A stretch of DNA of 64,000 nt from Minutocellus sp. GHC0000111 (taxonomy: Eukaryota), in contig OZ361256.1 of the NCBI GenBank assembly GCA_977018835.1, positions 5,766,001-5,830,000 of the forward strand, written 5' to 3'. Position 1 is the stretch's first letter. The number at the start of each line of letters is the position of its first letter. Below the pieces are notes generated by a model. That model did not search any database, had not been told where the DNA came from, and saw only the letters and a list, made by a program, of their open reading frames with translations. The position numbers were made by a program, and so were the translations under genes. Positions 24,001 to 36,437 of the stretch are shown piece by piece.

Positions 24001-25357
24001 AGCCATCCCATCAGTGTACATACCCGAAGGTCGCTTGCGCTTCTCCGCCGTGCTAATGACCCCGGCGAGCATCTGTGCGGCCGCAATCTCTGCCTGCTTT
24101 CGCTTTCCACATGCCGCTGGTGATGGCTCTGGGAACTTGCCCTGCTTCATTGCAGAGTCATGCTCCGGAGCCACGATTTTCATGGCCGATGACGGTGCCT
24201 GATACTCCCACGACGATGATGGAGGGGCTGCGCCGTATGGAGGAGGTGGCCCCATATCAGTTGGGGGAGACGATGAATAGGGCTTCGTCGCGGACATTTG
24301 CAAGATATGGGCGGCGGCGTCAGTCGCACCCTGCGAAGGTGCCCTTGGACGCGAGGGAGGGGAGTATCGCTTGGCGTAGCCATCATCCGGAGAGAGCCGT
24401 TCCTTGGGCTTGATCTTCCGCTGAGGACGGCTGATGGGACTAATCTGCTTCTTGGGGGCGGTCTTGAGGATAGGAGTCGTCGTGACGCCCATCTCGACCT
24501 GAGCATTCTTGGCGCCCGTGGACTTCATCACCTTTTGCAACTTCTGGAAGTATTTCTGCGCGTGGGTACGAGTCTGGACGACCGTCCGAGTCTTGACCTT
24601 GGCAGCAACTCTGTGGATGGATGGATCAAGGAGGACATGACGGAGGAACAAGAAAGCATTTAGAATGCCATGTTCATAGAGTTTTGTCTCCAATCCACAA
24701 TTGATGGGTAAACGCGAGAAGGAAGAGGCTTGCCATTGCTTCGCCGTCCGATCTACACTTCACAATAGAAACAATCAGAAGTAGCCAGGAAAATACTTAC
24801 TTTTTCCACTCCTTGCCGTACAACTTTAGACCAATTAGGAAAGCGTCGTGCTCCTCCTTGGTCCAGCGGCCGGTATGTTCCTGTCCCGACTCCACCACCT
24901 TTCCCACAGGTCCCTTGCTCACTTTCTTTGGATATGATGGCACCTGAACGGGCGGGGGAGGAGGGGGAGGCGGAGTAGCCTCCTCCTCCTCGGATTCGTA
25001 CTCCTCGGCCGCACCCGCCTTGCTACGATTGTAGTCCGATAAAGAATCGGCGATGCCAACGATCGTCGTCGGCGCCATCGGGGACTCCGCCGCAGCCGAA
25101 GCCGGGGTTGATTCGCCGCCGCTCTGGCTCTGACCCGACGGAAGGACAACCCGCATGGAACTCGCGTCGGCCGAGGGCAGAGACGCCTCCCTGGGCCGCT
25201 TCGCTGCCGAATCATCGCCACCATCTTCAGCCGCTGCCGCTACCGAGAATCCATGCATGCGTTTACTGCCACCGGCACCGGCACCGGCATCACTGCCTCC
25301 AGTGGCTGGGGTCGGGCCGTTCCGAGGCGGAGATCTAGATCTTGTTCCGCTCGACAT
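21046..25357 (-). CDS. Myb (SHAQKYF-class) + ankyrin repeats + class II-like histone deacetylase fusion, 6 exons
   Basis: All five GT-AG junctions are phase-compatible: EWKK|VAAKVKTRTVVQTRTHAQKYF; ALVG|DVRIKE; CPV|DLPNQKGETALHW; FTPM|IQKK; WTTRR|ILEIADICCQGRVVSVLEGGY. HDAC motifs RPPGHHA, GFC, DIDAHHGNGT, SGFDA and LEGGY are intact. Confidence 0.88.
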
Positions 25358-26099
25358 GCTTTGTGCCCGACGAGAAAGTGATATATTCAAGGTGCAAACG
25401 CTGCGTAGCTAGCAAGCACTGGTTCGAATATTAATGTATATACTGCGCCAATAACTGTGGGTATTCTGCGGTTCGTTAAGCTGCGATCAATTACGAACGC
25501 AAAGTTCGGCACTGTCCAAAAAAGTCAAGAATTGGGCGGAAAATGTGAGCTGGCGGCAACAAAATCGGCACAAGATGTGCCACAACATAAAACTACCGAG
25601 AATAGACCGAATCATGGCCCAAAATGCCGTGAATGGATAATATCACCAGCAGCAAATGCTGTGGGCACCAGTGCCAAGGATTCACGAGGCCAAAAATGAC
25701 CGGATCCGGATCCATCTCCGTCCGCCACCCACTCGGATCTTGCCGGCTTCGTCCAGCTTCGTCAGAAAGATACGACGAGATTTCACCGTCAAACTGTTTT
25801 TCCAGCCCAACCACGCCGGATCACACGTCATGTAAACTCACCAGGAGGCAGAATAAGTCGAAGGTAGCCTACCCAAGTGCCGATATCACGATGGAGAACC
25901 GCGGTACACCTCAACAAGATCGATGGACAAACCGCTGGTGCCAAAGATCAGATCTGCGCCAGCGAAGATGCGATGTGGCTGACGACGCACGTACGGTCGT
26001 GTCTGAAGAAAATTCTTGGTGCGTGGTGTTGATCCCGGAGACGTACGTAGAGGTACGTAAAACTTCTGCGATTGCTAGGGAGTGAACTGCTTTTGAAGC

Positions 26100-28430
26100 A
26101 GGCTGTTGCACGCCAATTGTCGGGGCACCAGGTTCCACAACGGCAAGTTTGCCCCGGAGACGCGGGAAAAACACTGCGTGCGACATTGGCTAAAAAAATA
26201 ACATGGAGGTGCAAGTGAAATTGAGGTGTAGGGGGAGTGAATTTCCCCAGAAAATGTCCCCGGAACTGCGTGTCTGTTGGCAGGGTGGTGTGAGAGAGGA
26301 GTTTTGCACCAAAACTCCACGTGCGCACGGCACACGAGAACAAACTTTTTGCTGCAAAAAAAGCATTTCAAGCAAAAATCGAAGAACCAACAAAATGTTT
26401 GGTAAGCATGGAATCTCTAGCCATGAGGTTGTTAGGCAAAACTCATGATGATTGGCCAACTTTTAGAGAGAGTTAGTTGGTCCAGCTTTAGGTGAGCCGC
26501 TCGACCCAAAATCTGGACAGACATTCGCCTTTCCGTCGACCGTGTTTTCAACGCGGCGAAGCATGGGAAAACGCGAAATTCGCCGTCCGGCCGACGTTTG
26601 CCCCCAAGAGCGTCTCTGGAATGAATGGGAGAGAGTCGAGAGTTCTGAGCAAGTGCCCCCCACACATCTGTAATCTAGACACCCCCTGTAGCAGAAATGT
26701 GGCATCGAAGGCGCAGCTCAAAAATTCCAAGCATGACATGTGTTTGGTGGGGGGCAAAGTTTCGCGAGAAAAACGACGACGCAGGACGAAATTTTTTCTC
26801 TCTCATTGGCGGCCGATTCCGGGGCGGATGCGAATCAAAAACACAACAATCAACCAAACAAACATTTTCATGCACATCTCTCAGAGGCGTCGTGTGTCTC
26901 TGCAATTCTGGGTCGATTGGGCGACTGTGGCTCTCTTGGTGTCACTTCTTGTTCGACAGGTTGATTGTTTTGAATTGCATTTTCTCATGCAACAACAGTC
27001 CAATGAAGCTGAAACTTTCGCATGTGAGTAGCGCAGTGGTGTCGGCCAGCCTCGAGAATGCCCATGTCTTGCTTGCCTTGCAAATGTGTAGCGGTCAGGA
27101 GAGCGCGGGGGTCACCATGGTGAGCTTCGTTCGGGAAAAAATGGATGAACGACGGTCTTTCCGTCGTCCGTCGAGGGCCCGACAACGCGAGCGAAGTTAG
27201 CAAAGTCTCCAATGTCCTCCTGAAGTGCCTCACCTAAAATGGGACCAACTCTAGAGTGATTTAAAGACACGGGACCAGAACAAAATTTTTGGCTTCCGAG
27301 CCACGCCGGGACTAGTTTGCCCAAGTGCGTTGAAGACACGCCAGTGGTGCCAGCAGCAAACAAAAGCACCAAAGCTTAAGCGAACGCTTCGTCGGACAGA
27401 GGGGGTGCGCAGAAGGGCAAGAGAGGAAAGAACAACACCACATGAAGAACGAACCACATCCATTTCAAAGGCAGGTGTGTGCCGCTCGCCTGAGAGTGAA
27501 GCCGGCTTGTTCCAGCTTTGGGAGTTGGTCCCATTTTAGGTGAGAGGCACTTCAGGACATTGGAGATTTCGCTAACTTTGCTTGCGTTGTCGGACGACGG
27601 AAAGACCGTCACTCATCCATTTTTTCTCCCGAACGAAGTCAGCTCATCATGGCTGCGGCGATGAAACACGATCTGACAGAAAGAAGCTAAAATTAGGCAC
27701 AGGCCGGCATGCAAAGCCCGGCCGGCGCGCTCTCTGACAAATTCAACTCCAGCACCACTTTCCACGTGACGTGGTTGGTTGCTCCTTGCGTCATGGTGCT
27801 GCTGCTGTTTGACAAACAAACTTGATCACCACCACTCATCATTTGTCATTTTGTGTGCTTCTGTCCAACTGTTTCCATCCCAACGTGCGACATTTCTTTC
27901 GAAGTTTAGAAGCCTCCAAAGAAGACGAGTGGATTCCAGTGCCAAAGGGTTCGCGTAGCAATTTTTGTGCCGGTCAGCAAGACGACTGACTGTGTGGCCT
28001 TGCAGATGGACCTCCTTTTTGCCGTGCCGCCAACAATGCAGTTCGATCTCTAACCTGTGTGCTTTTGGTGCCGCGGCAAACGTGCTAGCTTCGACAGGAG
28101 ACGTGGAAGGTGGCGACAAATTGTGGGCGGCCGCCAAATTGACTGTTGATCAACTGGAAAAACGTTTTGTGCATTGCTAGAGAAAGAAAGGGCGAGGACG
28201 GCACGAACTCCTAGTGATGTGCTTGAGACAAAAGAGAGCTCAAGTGCGTCGTTCAAAAATTGCCATCCAATTTCGATGCTCTTGCTCAAAGCGAAAGCGC
28301 AAAGCTTGTGGAGATTGTGAGTGGCAACGGCAGGTGTGCTCATGTAGTTGGGATTGTCGGCAATGCATTGCTTTCATTCCTGCAAGTGCGACTGCACTGG
28401 CGGCCTTGCAAAATTCACAAAAATCAGATC
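26100..28430. mobile_element. Degenerate repeat/transposon relic, strongly TpA-depleted
   Basis: About 2.3 kb without a credible gene, containing an internal inverted repeat. No TpA in 26691-27028. The TE identity is inferred. Confidence 0.5.
27115..27652. repeat. Degenerate inverted repeat (arms 27115-27251 and 27522-27652, ~270-nt spacer), MITE/foldback-like
   Basis: ccatggtgagcttcgttcgggaaaaaatggatg…cacctaaaatgggaccaactc matches the reverse complement of 27522-27652, with small indels and transitions. Confidence 0.85.
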
Positions 28431-28646
28431 CCCTGATTATGCCTATAGCACACCTCTAATGATTTCTGCGCGCCGGCATCGCCGCCGCCTCAAATTTTCA
28501 TTTGTCCGTTCGAGAATTTTTGAATCGGTAGCGCAAAACTCGAGCAAAAATTTGCCGCCAACCTCGGCATCATTCATGTTATTTGTTCTCGAACCTTGGA
28601 TCATACTTGGTAAAAGCGAATCGAACGAAAGCAAATATAGCCAACC

Positions 28647-30137
28647 ATGGTGGTCATATCCAACCTCCTCGATTCCATGTGCAGCTGCCTCAGCGACCAG
28701 GCGTGCGGCGGCGCTCCGCGATACGGCTTCGCCGCCCCGCCGCCTTCTTCGTCCGAAGATGTTCAAATGGCCGATGCCACCGGAAGCGCTTCCGGTCCCT
28801 CTCCCACTACCGATGGTCGGCAGTCCAGCAGCGGCAGTCCCACGGGCAGCATCCACATCAACCGCAGCTCCAGCCCGCGCTCCAGTCCCTCTCCCTCCCA
28901 CTTCCTCAAGTTCCGCGGAGCCAGCGGTACCGAATGGCAATCCCTCGTCCGCCGTACGAGCTGCGGCGCCGCTGCCAGTGCCGGTTCTTCTTCTACCTCC
29001 CGCCCCTTCAGCCCGTCTATCCGAGACAACAACAGCACCGTCATGCGCTGTCTCGACATGGACAACGCCCAGATGGCATTGGCTCATGCGAGGCAGCAGG
29101 TAGGCGCCCGTGCGCACAACCATCACAAGCGCAAGGCATCGTCGGACATCTTCCGTTCCCGCCATACCGCCGAGACGCAGTCCGCATCTGCAGAATCTTC
29201 CTCATCCAGCGACGAGCCTCTGCAGCAGCAGCAAGAGGTCAGTTCCGAGAGGGTGGCCAGCCCCGTACCCCTGGGAGGACTGTGCGCGCCCAACCTCAAC
29301 GGCGTGGTCGACAACGGTCCGCTGGGCGTCCGCTCCCTTCTCAGATTCCCCGGGCTTTGCTTCGCCAATCCCATCCGGGGCTAGTCCAGCTTTGAGGACA
29401 CCGTCAACGAAAAGTCATCGAGTACCATCGATGAGGCCGATCGACCAGCCTCCCCGGCCTACCTCCTCGAGCAGGAGCTGGCCGACAAGCAACGGCAGCC
29501 GGAACGTCCCATGCCACTGTACGCGTCGCAGCAGGTCGTACCCATCGCCGACACCGGTATTGACAATGGACCCATTTGCCTCACCGACATGATCCGCCAG
29601 GCCAACGCCAACGGAGGTAATGATGGTGCCAAGAAGATGCGCCTCACCGCCCCCTCGGCACCTGCCGCCACCGATGCCAAGCCCAGCTTTGCCTTCTCGT
29701 CGTCGTCCGAGGAAGAGGAGGACGCTTCCGTGGAATCCACCCCCGCCACCATGACCGAGGGTGCCGAGGGCGAGGCGCCCATCACCCCCACCGCCCTGGA
29801 CGCCTACGGTGCCATCGGCACATCTTCCGCCAACACCGCCAGCCCACCCAGCACCAACGTCCAGTCGGCATCGGCACCAACCCATCAGATCACTCCCAAC
29901 TTCACACCCTCCACATCCCGTCCCCACAAGCAGCAGAGGATGAAGTCACCGGGTGCTGCCCTCAGCGGTGGTATCCAGGCCCTGGGTTCCGGCCCATCCG
30001 TACCCGAGCTCATGTTTGCCGGCAGTGGCCTTCCGGAGGAGGCACCGGTAACGCCCGGGCAGGTCCCCATGAGCGCCCCTCCCGGTGCCACCGCGAACGT
30101 TCCGGTGACCCCCGAGAAGCCTTTCTTTGACGTGTAG
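28647..30137 (+). CDS. Hypothetical low-complexity Ser/Pro-rich protein interrupted by one in-frame TAG (29382-29384)
   Basis: ORFs 28647-29384 and 29511-30137 are in the same frame, and the 42 codons between them are open with the same codon bias. Confidence 0.6.
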
Positions 30138-30627
30138 TAAAACTGCTACTGTACCAAGTCAAGAGGCAAGCAGGAGGGCATAGCTACGTTTGGCTCTCGT
30201 CGAGCCATATTTTTTGTGTCTACGGGGGATATCATTATCAGCTTTTACTATTGTGTGTCATGCCATTCATTTGTCGTCGATCGCGCTAGTACATTGTTAA
30301 CTTTTACCATCGTTTTAGGAGGATCGTTCTCTCGATGAAAAGGAAGGGTGTCATTAGGAATTTTGAATTTGTAAGGATAAAGATGAAAGTTAGACTTTCA
30401 CATAGTGCCCATTGAAACTAGAATTTCGTTGTAAGTGCTGTCTCTGTCTCTACAAGAACCGGCACAGGGGGACTTGGGGTTTTAATGTGAAGAGGTAAAA
30501 CGGTAAAAAACGACAAAAAAAATGCGAACGAAGAGAGCCTCGTATCCATCTTCATCTTGTCCATAACCCGCACATAAGATACATAGAACGGCCTGAAGTA
30601 CAATATAGATTTCTATTAGTATTAACC

Positions 30628-31490
30628 ATGGGCAAGAAAGGTAAGAAAGCCTTGGCCGGAAGGCCATCGAAAAGGATTATCAACAAATTGCTTGATGCTC
30701 TCGTGACAAATATCGAGGAAGAGCTTAGGAGTGCCGACCATTTTGCTCCTCTACCTTCTAACGAGGACTGCAACATTTGTTTGGTGCCAATGCCCCGCGA
30801 TATAATAAAAGCACGGTACATGCCCTGCTGTGGAAAGGGCATTTGTTATGCTTGTGGTATAGAAAATGAAAGGGTCGTCATAAAACAAAACGAAATAAAA
30901 GCTGCAAAAAATCAGGAAGCAATTGAGCACATGTGCCCATTTTGTAGGGAACCAGGACCATTCAAGGATGATCACATCCAGCAACTCGAGACTATGGCAT
31001 CTCTAGGCAACCATTGGCTTATTTTGAGCTTGCTGTGGAGTACTCAGGAGGACATGACATCGCAGAAGATAAAGTGAAATCGCTGGAATGTTTGATCCGA
31101 GCTGCTGAACTTGGTTCTTCCGATGCGTGCGTTTCCGTAGCGTCTCATTGCAAGAAAGGCCTTGTGATTGCAGCCGATGATGAAAAGTGTGTTTTATTTT
31201 ATAGAGCCGCTGCTTTAAGAGGTGATCTTATTGCTCACCATAAGATTGGGTGCTTAGAATATGATTCTGAAAACTATGAGCTTGGAATTCGTCACTGGAA
31301 GTTTGCAGCTGAACATGGTAATCAGCTCTCCGTAAACTCGCTCCGAAACATTTATAATGCCACTGAAAAGATGCCCGGAAAGGAATTCATCTCCAAGGAA
31401 TGCATGGATAAGGTATATAGAGCCTCCTATGCTGCTCAGGAAGAGGTTTACAGCGAGGCCAGGGAAAGGTATCTAAATAATTGGAAGTAA
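30628..31490 (+). CDS. RING-like zinc finger + Sel1/TPR repeat protein; 1-nt frameshift at ~31014
   Basis: EDCNIC…YMPCCGKGICYAC…CPFCR, followed by Sel1 repeats (RAAELGS…RHWKFAAEHG). The join needs cat-ttg but only two T are present. Confidence 0.8.
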
Positions 31491-31562
31491 GAACGATATT
31501 TAGAAAAGCAGCAACCTCGTAATTATCAGTACGAATCGTACCATAAAAGTGTAGGATGCAAG

Positions 31563-32588
31563 CTAGAACTGAAGATATGGATTCTTTGCTCCACCTTTCT
31601 TTCGCGACGAAGATGATGCCTCGGCCGCCGATCCTTCCTTCCCACTTATCTTCATCCCGTTCATTTCCTGCTCCAATCCTTGGCTCTTGCTTCCTGTGCT
31701 GCCACGACGTGTACCAAATCCACATATCAATGAGCCGTCGCCATAGGAATCGGCAAATGACAGGCCACTGCCGTGGCTGTCGCCACCAGAGAAACTCGAG
31801 CCAGTCGAAGCTCTGCGCGTATGCTTCCATTCACACACAAATTCTCCGGGCGTCATGTTGAGCGATCGTTCACTTCGGGTTACGTCTCCACCTTCGTTGC
31901 TGGAACGTCTGGGATAATAGTCACCTGCCATCGGGCCACCACTCTCGTTGCTACCGCGTCGTGTGCGGTACTCGTAGTCGGCATCATCTTCGGCAAAGTT
32001 TTCGGAAATACTCTTCATGGACGTGGCGGCACACTTGCCAGTATAGGAGGATCGTCGTTGTCGTCTGGACCGGACGCTGGCCGAGGCATCGTGGCTACCA
32101 AAGGTCGTGTCTTTTTCGTTAATGGATAGCATGGATCGGGTACTCTCCGAATCATCGGGTCGTGTCTTCTTCTTCTTTTTACTGCCGGTAGATTTGTCTT
32201 TGATGGAAACCGATGATGGTTTGCTGCTCTTCTTTTTCTTCTGCATATTCTCCTTCTTGGCGCGTTTCTCGGCCTCGATGGACCGGGTCGAACGGATGGA
32301 TCGCATACTTTCCGCGGCATGTCCACCTTCCTCTTCGCTGTCGGTCTCGTCGCTGTAATCTGATTCATCACTGTCCGTTTCATTGGGGACATAACTATCG
32401 CTGCCTCTGCGCATCAGTACTCTGTTGGCGTCGTCAATTTCCTCTTCCAGAGCAGCTCCACCCTGACGGATGGTCTTGATGGCATCCTGTCCCACCTTCC
32501 GAACGGCGTCCAATATTGATTGGGTCTGCTCATCGCCGCTGCCGCTGCGTTCGCTTATTCGCCGCCGACCACCACCCCCATCGCCCAT
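31563..32588 (-). CDS. Hypothetical Ser/Arg-rich disordered protein with repeated RR(G/S/A)S motifs
   Basis: Long ORF with RRGS/RRSS/RRAS repeats and lysine tracts. Confidence 0.6.
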   Translation of the reverse strand: MGDGGGGRRRISERSGSGDEQTQSILDAVRKVGQDAIKTIRQGGAALEEEIDDANRVLMRRGSDSYVPNETDSDESDYSDETDSEEEGGHAAESMRSIRSTRSIEAEKRAKKENMQKKKKSSKPSSVSIKDKSTGSKKKKKTRPDDSESTRSMLSINEKDTTFGSHDASASVRSRRQRRSSYTGKCAATSMKSISENFAEDDADYEYRTRRGSNESGGPMAGDYYPRRSSNEGGDVTRSERSLNMTPGEFVCEWKHTRRASTGSSFSGGDSHGSGLSFADSYGDGSLICGFGTRRGSTGSKSQGLEQEMNGMKISGKEGSAAEASSSSRKKGGAKNPYLQF

Positions 32589-32608
32589 GGCTGCCAGAGA
32601 TGACGAAG

Positions 32609-33187
32609 CGTGGCCCATTTTGCAGGACAGCTCCCACCTCAATGAACCAGTATGTGCGAAGCATCTATGAGAGAGCATCGAAAGAAGACGCCCGTGCACT
32701 GTTCAACTTGGGCGCATATTCCTTGGATGGAAAATCCGGACCTCCTAAGGACCACCTTAAAGCAATCGATTGTTTCATTAGGGCCATTGAACTCGGCTCC
32801 AGAGAAGTATGCTCAAAGATTGTACTTTGCTTCCATGACGGAAATGGAGTGGCAAAAGACATGAATAGAGTTATTTTGTTCTCTCGGGTAGGTGCGCTGA
32901 GAGGAGACATTAACGCTCGCCATAACATCGGTATCCTCGAATACCAGGTATTAGGTAACCACGACGTAGCCATCCGGCATTGGAAGATTTCAGCAGAAGG
33001 TGGCAACCAGATGTCAATTGAATGGCTCAACCGCATTTTCAACGCCGACGGGAAAATGCCCGGAATAGAATCCATCAGCAAAGAAGACATGGATAATATC
33101 TACCGAGCGGGCCACACAGCACAAGAGGAAATAAAAAGTGAGGAAAGGGAGAAGTATGTCAGGGAAGAAGATAAATTCAAGTGCTAA
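32609..33187 (+). pseudogene. 5'-truncated RING/Sel1 family member
   Basis: Begins at (G)PFCR, followed by Sel1 repeats paralogous to the genes at 30628 and 42151. The RING half and start codon are absent. Confidence 0.7.
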
Positions 33188-33343
33188 ATCGCACACGAAC
33201 AGTGTGGTGTGAGAATACAAGTGGTAGCCCGGCAACGGCATTGGCATCGATGCTACCCTGCATGTACCACGTATCACCCATTAGTAGTAGTAGCACTGCG
33301 GTACACAAAATAGAATATCTTTCTCCTCCCCTACAATTATAAT

Positions 33344-36300
33344 CTACCTCCTCTTGTACTTCTTCTTGGACTTGAAGGCGGTATGGCCCTTCTTGCCACC
33401 CTTGCGCTTCTTCATGTTGGGATCAAACTCGGAGAACTGATACCGACTGGCAGCGGTACCGCTCTTATCCTCGTCCTGGTTCTTCTTACCACCAAAGGCG
33501 ACCTTCTCCTCAGCAAAGAGACTTCCATCGCCCATAGCATCCGTCGCGAAGGCACCCTTGCGCTTTTTGCCCTCTCTGGCCTCTCGCTGCTTCCTCTTGG
33601 ATTCTCTCTCCTGATCCTCATCATATAAACTTTTGTTGGACTGTTCCTTCTCCTTACGGGCCTCTTGTCGTTTGGCGGCCCTGGCTGATCCCTTCATGGA
33701 GTCTTCCGTGATGATCTGGCCAGGCTTTCTGCCCATTTCAATCTGTTCCTCTCGCATTTCCTGCTGCATCTGCAATGCCTCTTCCTTGGCCTCACGAGCA
33801 CGTCTCTTCTTACGAGTCATTCTATGCTTGCCAGTGCCAACCTTTTCAGCAATCATGCGCTGCTTCTCGGCAGCGGCTTCCTTGGCTGACATTTTCTGCT
33901 TGGTAGAGGCAAACCATTCTCGCTGAGGACGTGCCTTGATCTCGTTGTTGTGGGCAATGATATTTTGCGCTCGCATGAATTCCATCTCGGCGATACGATC
34001 CATCCTTGCCACAGCCTCGGCGGCCAATACTTCCTCGACGTGCGGTTCGAGCGAAGCAATCTTGGCAACAAAGTGAGAAACGACAGCAGGAGGGATAGTA
34101 CGCGAACGGATAATACCAGATGTGTTCCTCTTATCAGCGGCACGATTCTTCTTGGATTCGGCCTTTCGGCGCTTGTCCTCGGCATCCTTGATGACCTCCT
34201 TCATGAGATAACGCCGACCCTCACCGATGAGGGTGCAAGATTTACCACCACGACCAGCACGGGCGGTACGGCCAATACGGTGCACATAAGTCTCAACCTG
34301 GCTCGGCATCTCAAAGTTCACAACAGCTTCGACACCGGTGATATCCAAACCACGTGCCGCAAGATCCGTCGCCAGCAAGACATCCACTTCTCCCTCGCGG
34401 AAGGCTTCCAGTGCCTCCAATCGTTGAGGCTGGGTCAAGTTTCCGTGAAGCTCAGCACATTTGATACCACAAAGTCCACAAATAATCATAAGGCGATGAG
34501 CAGCCGCCTTGGTATCGAAAAATACAATCACACGCTCCTTGAAGGTTCGCGTCAGAAGCGAAAGAAGCATCGCCTCGCGATTGATGCCTTCATTGCCAGT
34601 ACGAACACGGACGAATTCCTGCTCCAGACGATGGGCTACTTCCACACCACCGGAACCAGCAGATCCATCGCCCGATGCATCGCCGCCCCTACCCTTTCGG
34701 TCACTGACACGCACACGAACAGGACGGTTGAGACTGAGCTTGATGAGCTCGTCAACCTTGGTCCCCATCGTGGCCGAGAAGAGCAATGTCTGTCGCTCAG
34801 TGGGACAAGATTTGATAATCTCGTGCGTCTCATCTTGGAAACCAAGGTCAAGCAAACGGTCAGACTCATCAAGCACAAGGAACTCCAAATCATCCAGATC
34901 AACTCCAGGAGAGTTGGTAACATGGTCCAGAATACGACCAGGCGTGGCAACAACCACATCGGGACGAGTTCGCAACTCGGCGGCCTGGATGAGGGTGTGG
35001 AGATGAAGTATTGGCAGGGCAAGTGTTGTGTAAGTGAAAAGTTACAAGGAAATGTGGACGATGTATGTACATTCAATTACCACACAGCTCTCTGTTCTTC
35101 CTCGGGGAATACAAACCGTAATTCATCTTCAGCGATTGTTCAGACGTAAATTACCCATAAAGATTGTTTCGTCATCGGAAAAAGAGAGTTGCCAATGAAA
35201 CAAAATAATTGCACTCAGGACGAGAACTTACCTGGGCCGCCACATTCTTGGCACCACCAACAACCAAAGCCACCCGCAGGCTGGTAAATTTGCCAATGGC
35301 CGTCATCATACTGACGCACTGAGCAGCCAGCTCTCTCGTCGGCGTCAAAATGAGCGCCCGGGTTGCAGAAGCAGCCGCTGCATTGTTCTTTCTGCCTTTG
35401 GTCGATGCCACCCTACCACCACCACGCTGCAGTATCCGCTCCATGATGGGAAGAAGGAAAGCAGCCGTCTTACCACTACCGGTAACGGCCGAGGCGCAGA
35501 CATCGCGGCCGGACAGAGCGACGGGGATGACCGAACCCTGAATGGGGGTGGGAGTAACGAAGCCCATGGAGGCCACGCCACGGAGTAGCGGGCGAGACAG
35601 GTTGAGCTGCGCAAAGGTCGTAACAGTATCGGCCGAGGTGGCCTCCTGGACCGTGTCAAAGTATGCCGCAGCCTTGGCGGCTTCCTCTCTGGCCTCCTCG
35701 TCCTCGTCATCTTCCTCTTCGCTGCCAGAGTCTTCGCCGTCGTCATCACTACCAGATTCATCGTCGTCGTCGGAACTCTCCTTTTCGACGACTTTCTTCT
35801 TTTTCTTGCTATTCTTGTTCTTGTCCTCCCGAGTACGCTCCTTGAGGAAATCATCCTCCATATCCATGGCAGCATCGTCTTCCTCATCTTCGGAATCAGA
35901 ATCAGAGTCAGAATCGTCGCTGTCCTCTTCCGACGAATCGCCGCTGCCATCCTCATCACTGCCCGACCCACTTTCAGCTGCAGACTCGCCGTCCTCGCTG
36001 CCACTATCATCCTCGCTACCTTCTTCCTTCTCCTTGTTGGCACCTCCGCGTTTCTTCATGTTGCTCCGCACGGCAGCGACCAGGTTGGCGACGGCGGTGT
36101 GCTCGGGCTTCTTGATGCCCGACGTGTCGTTCTTCTGAAGGAGCTGCAGGGCCGACTTGTACGACCAGGCATTGCCACCGGCATCGGGTGCGGAGAGCGA
36201 TCCCATACCGTTGCCACTAAAGTCCAGCCCATCCTCACCGAGGAGACCGCCGAATTCGAAGGACTGGTCCATGGCATCCTCCTCGTCGGAGGAGGACTCG

Positions 36301-36437
36301 CTTTCGGTATCGTCGTTCTGGCGCTTCTTGGATTTCTGCTTGGACTGGCCGGACGATTTTCTGGTCTTATCCTTGGCGTCGTTCTGGGGAACATTGTCCT
36401 CCTCGTCGGAGGACAGCGTTGCCAGGAGGGTCGCCAT
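33344..36437 (-). CDS. DRS1: DEAD-box RNA helicase DRS1/DDX27
   Basis: Acidic N-terminus, SAVTGSGKTAAF, PTRELA, intron 35231-34985, ATPGR, DESD, SAT, HRIGRTAR, and C-terminal FKSKKKYKRR. Confidence 0.93.
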
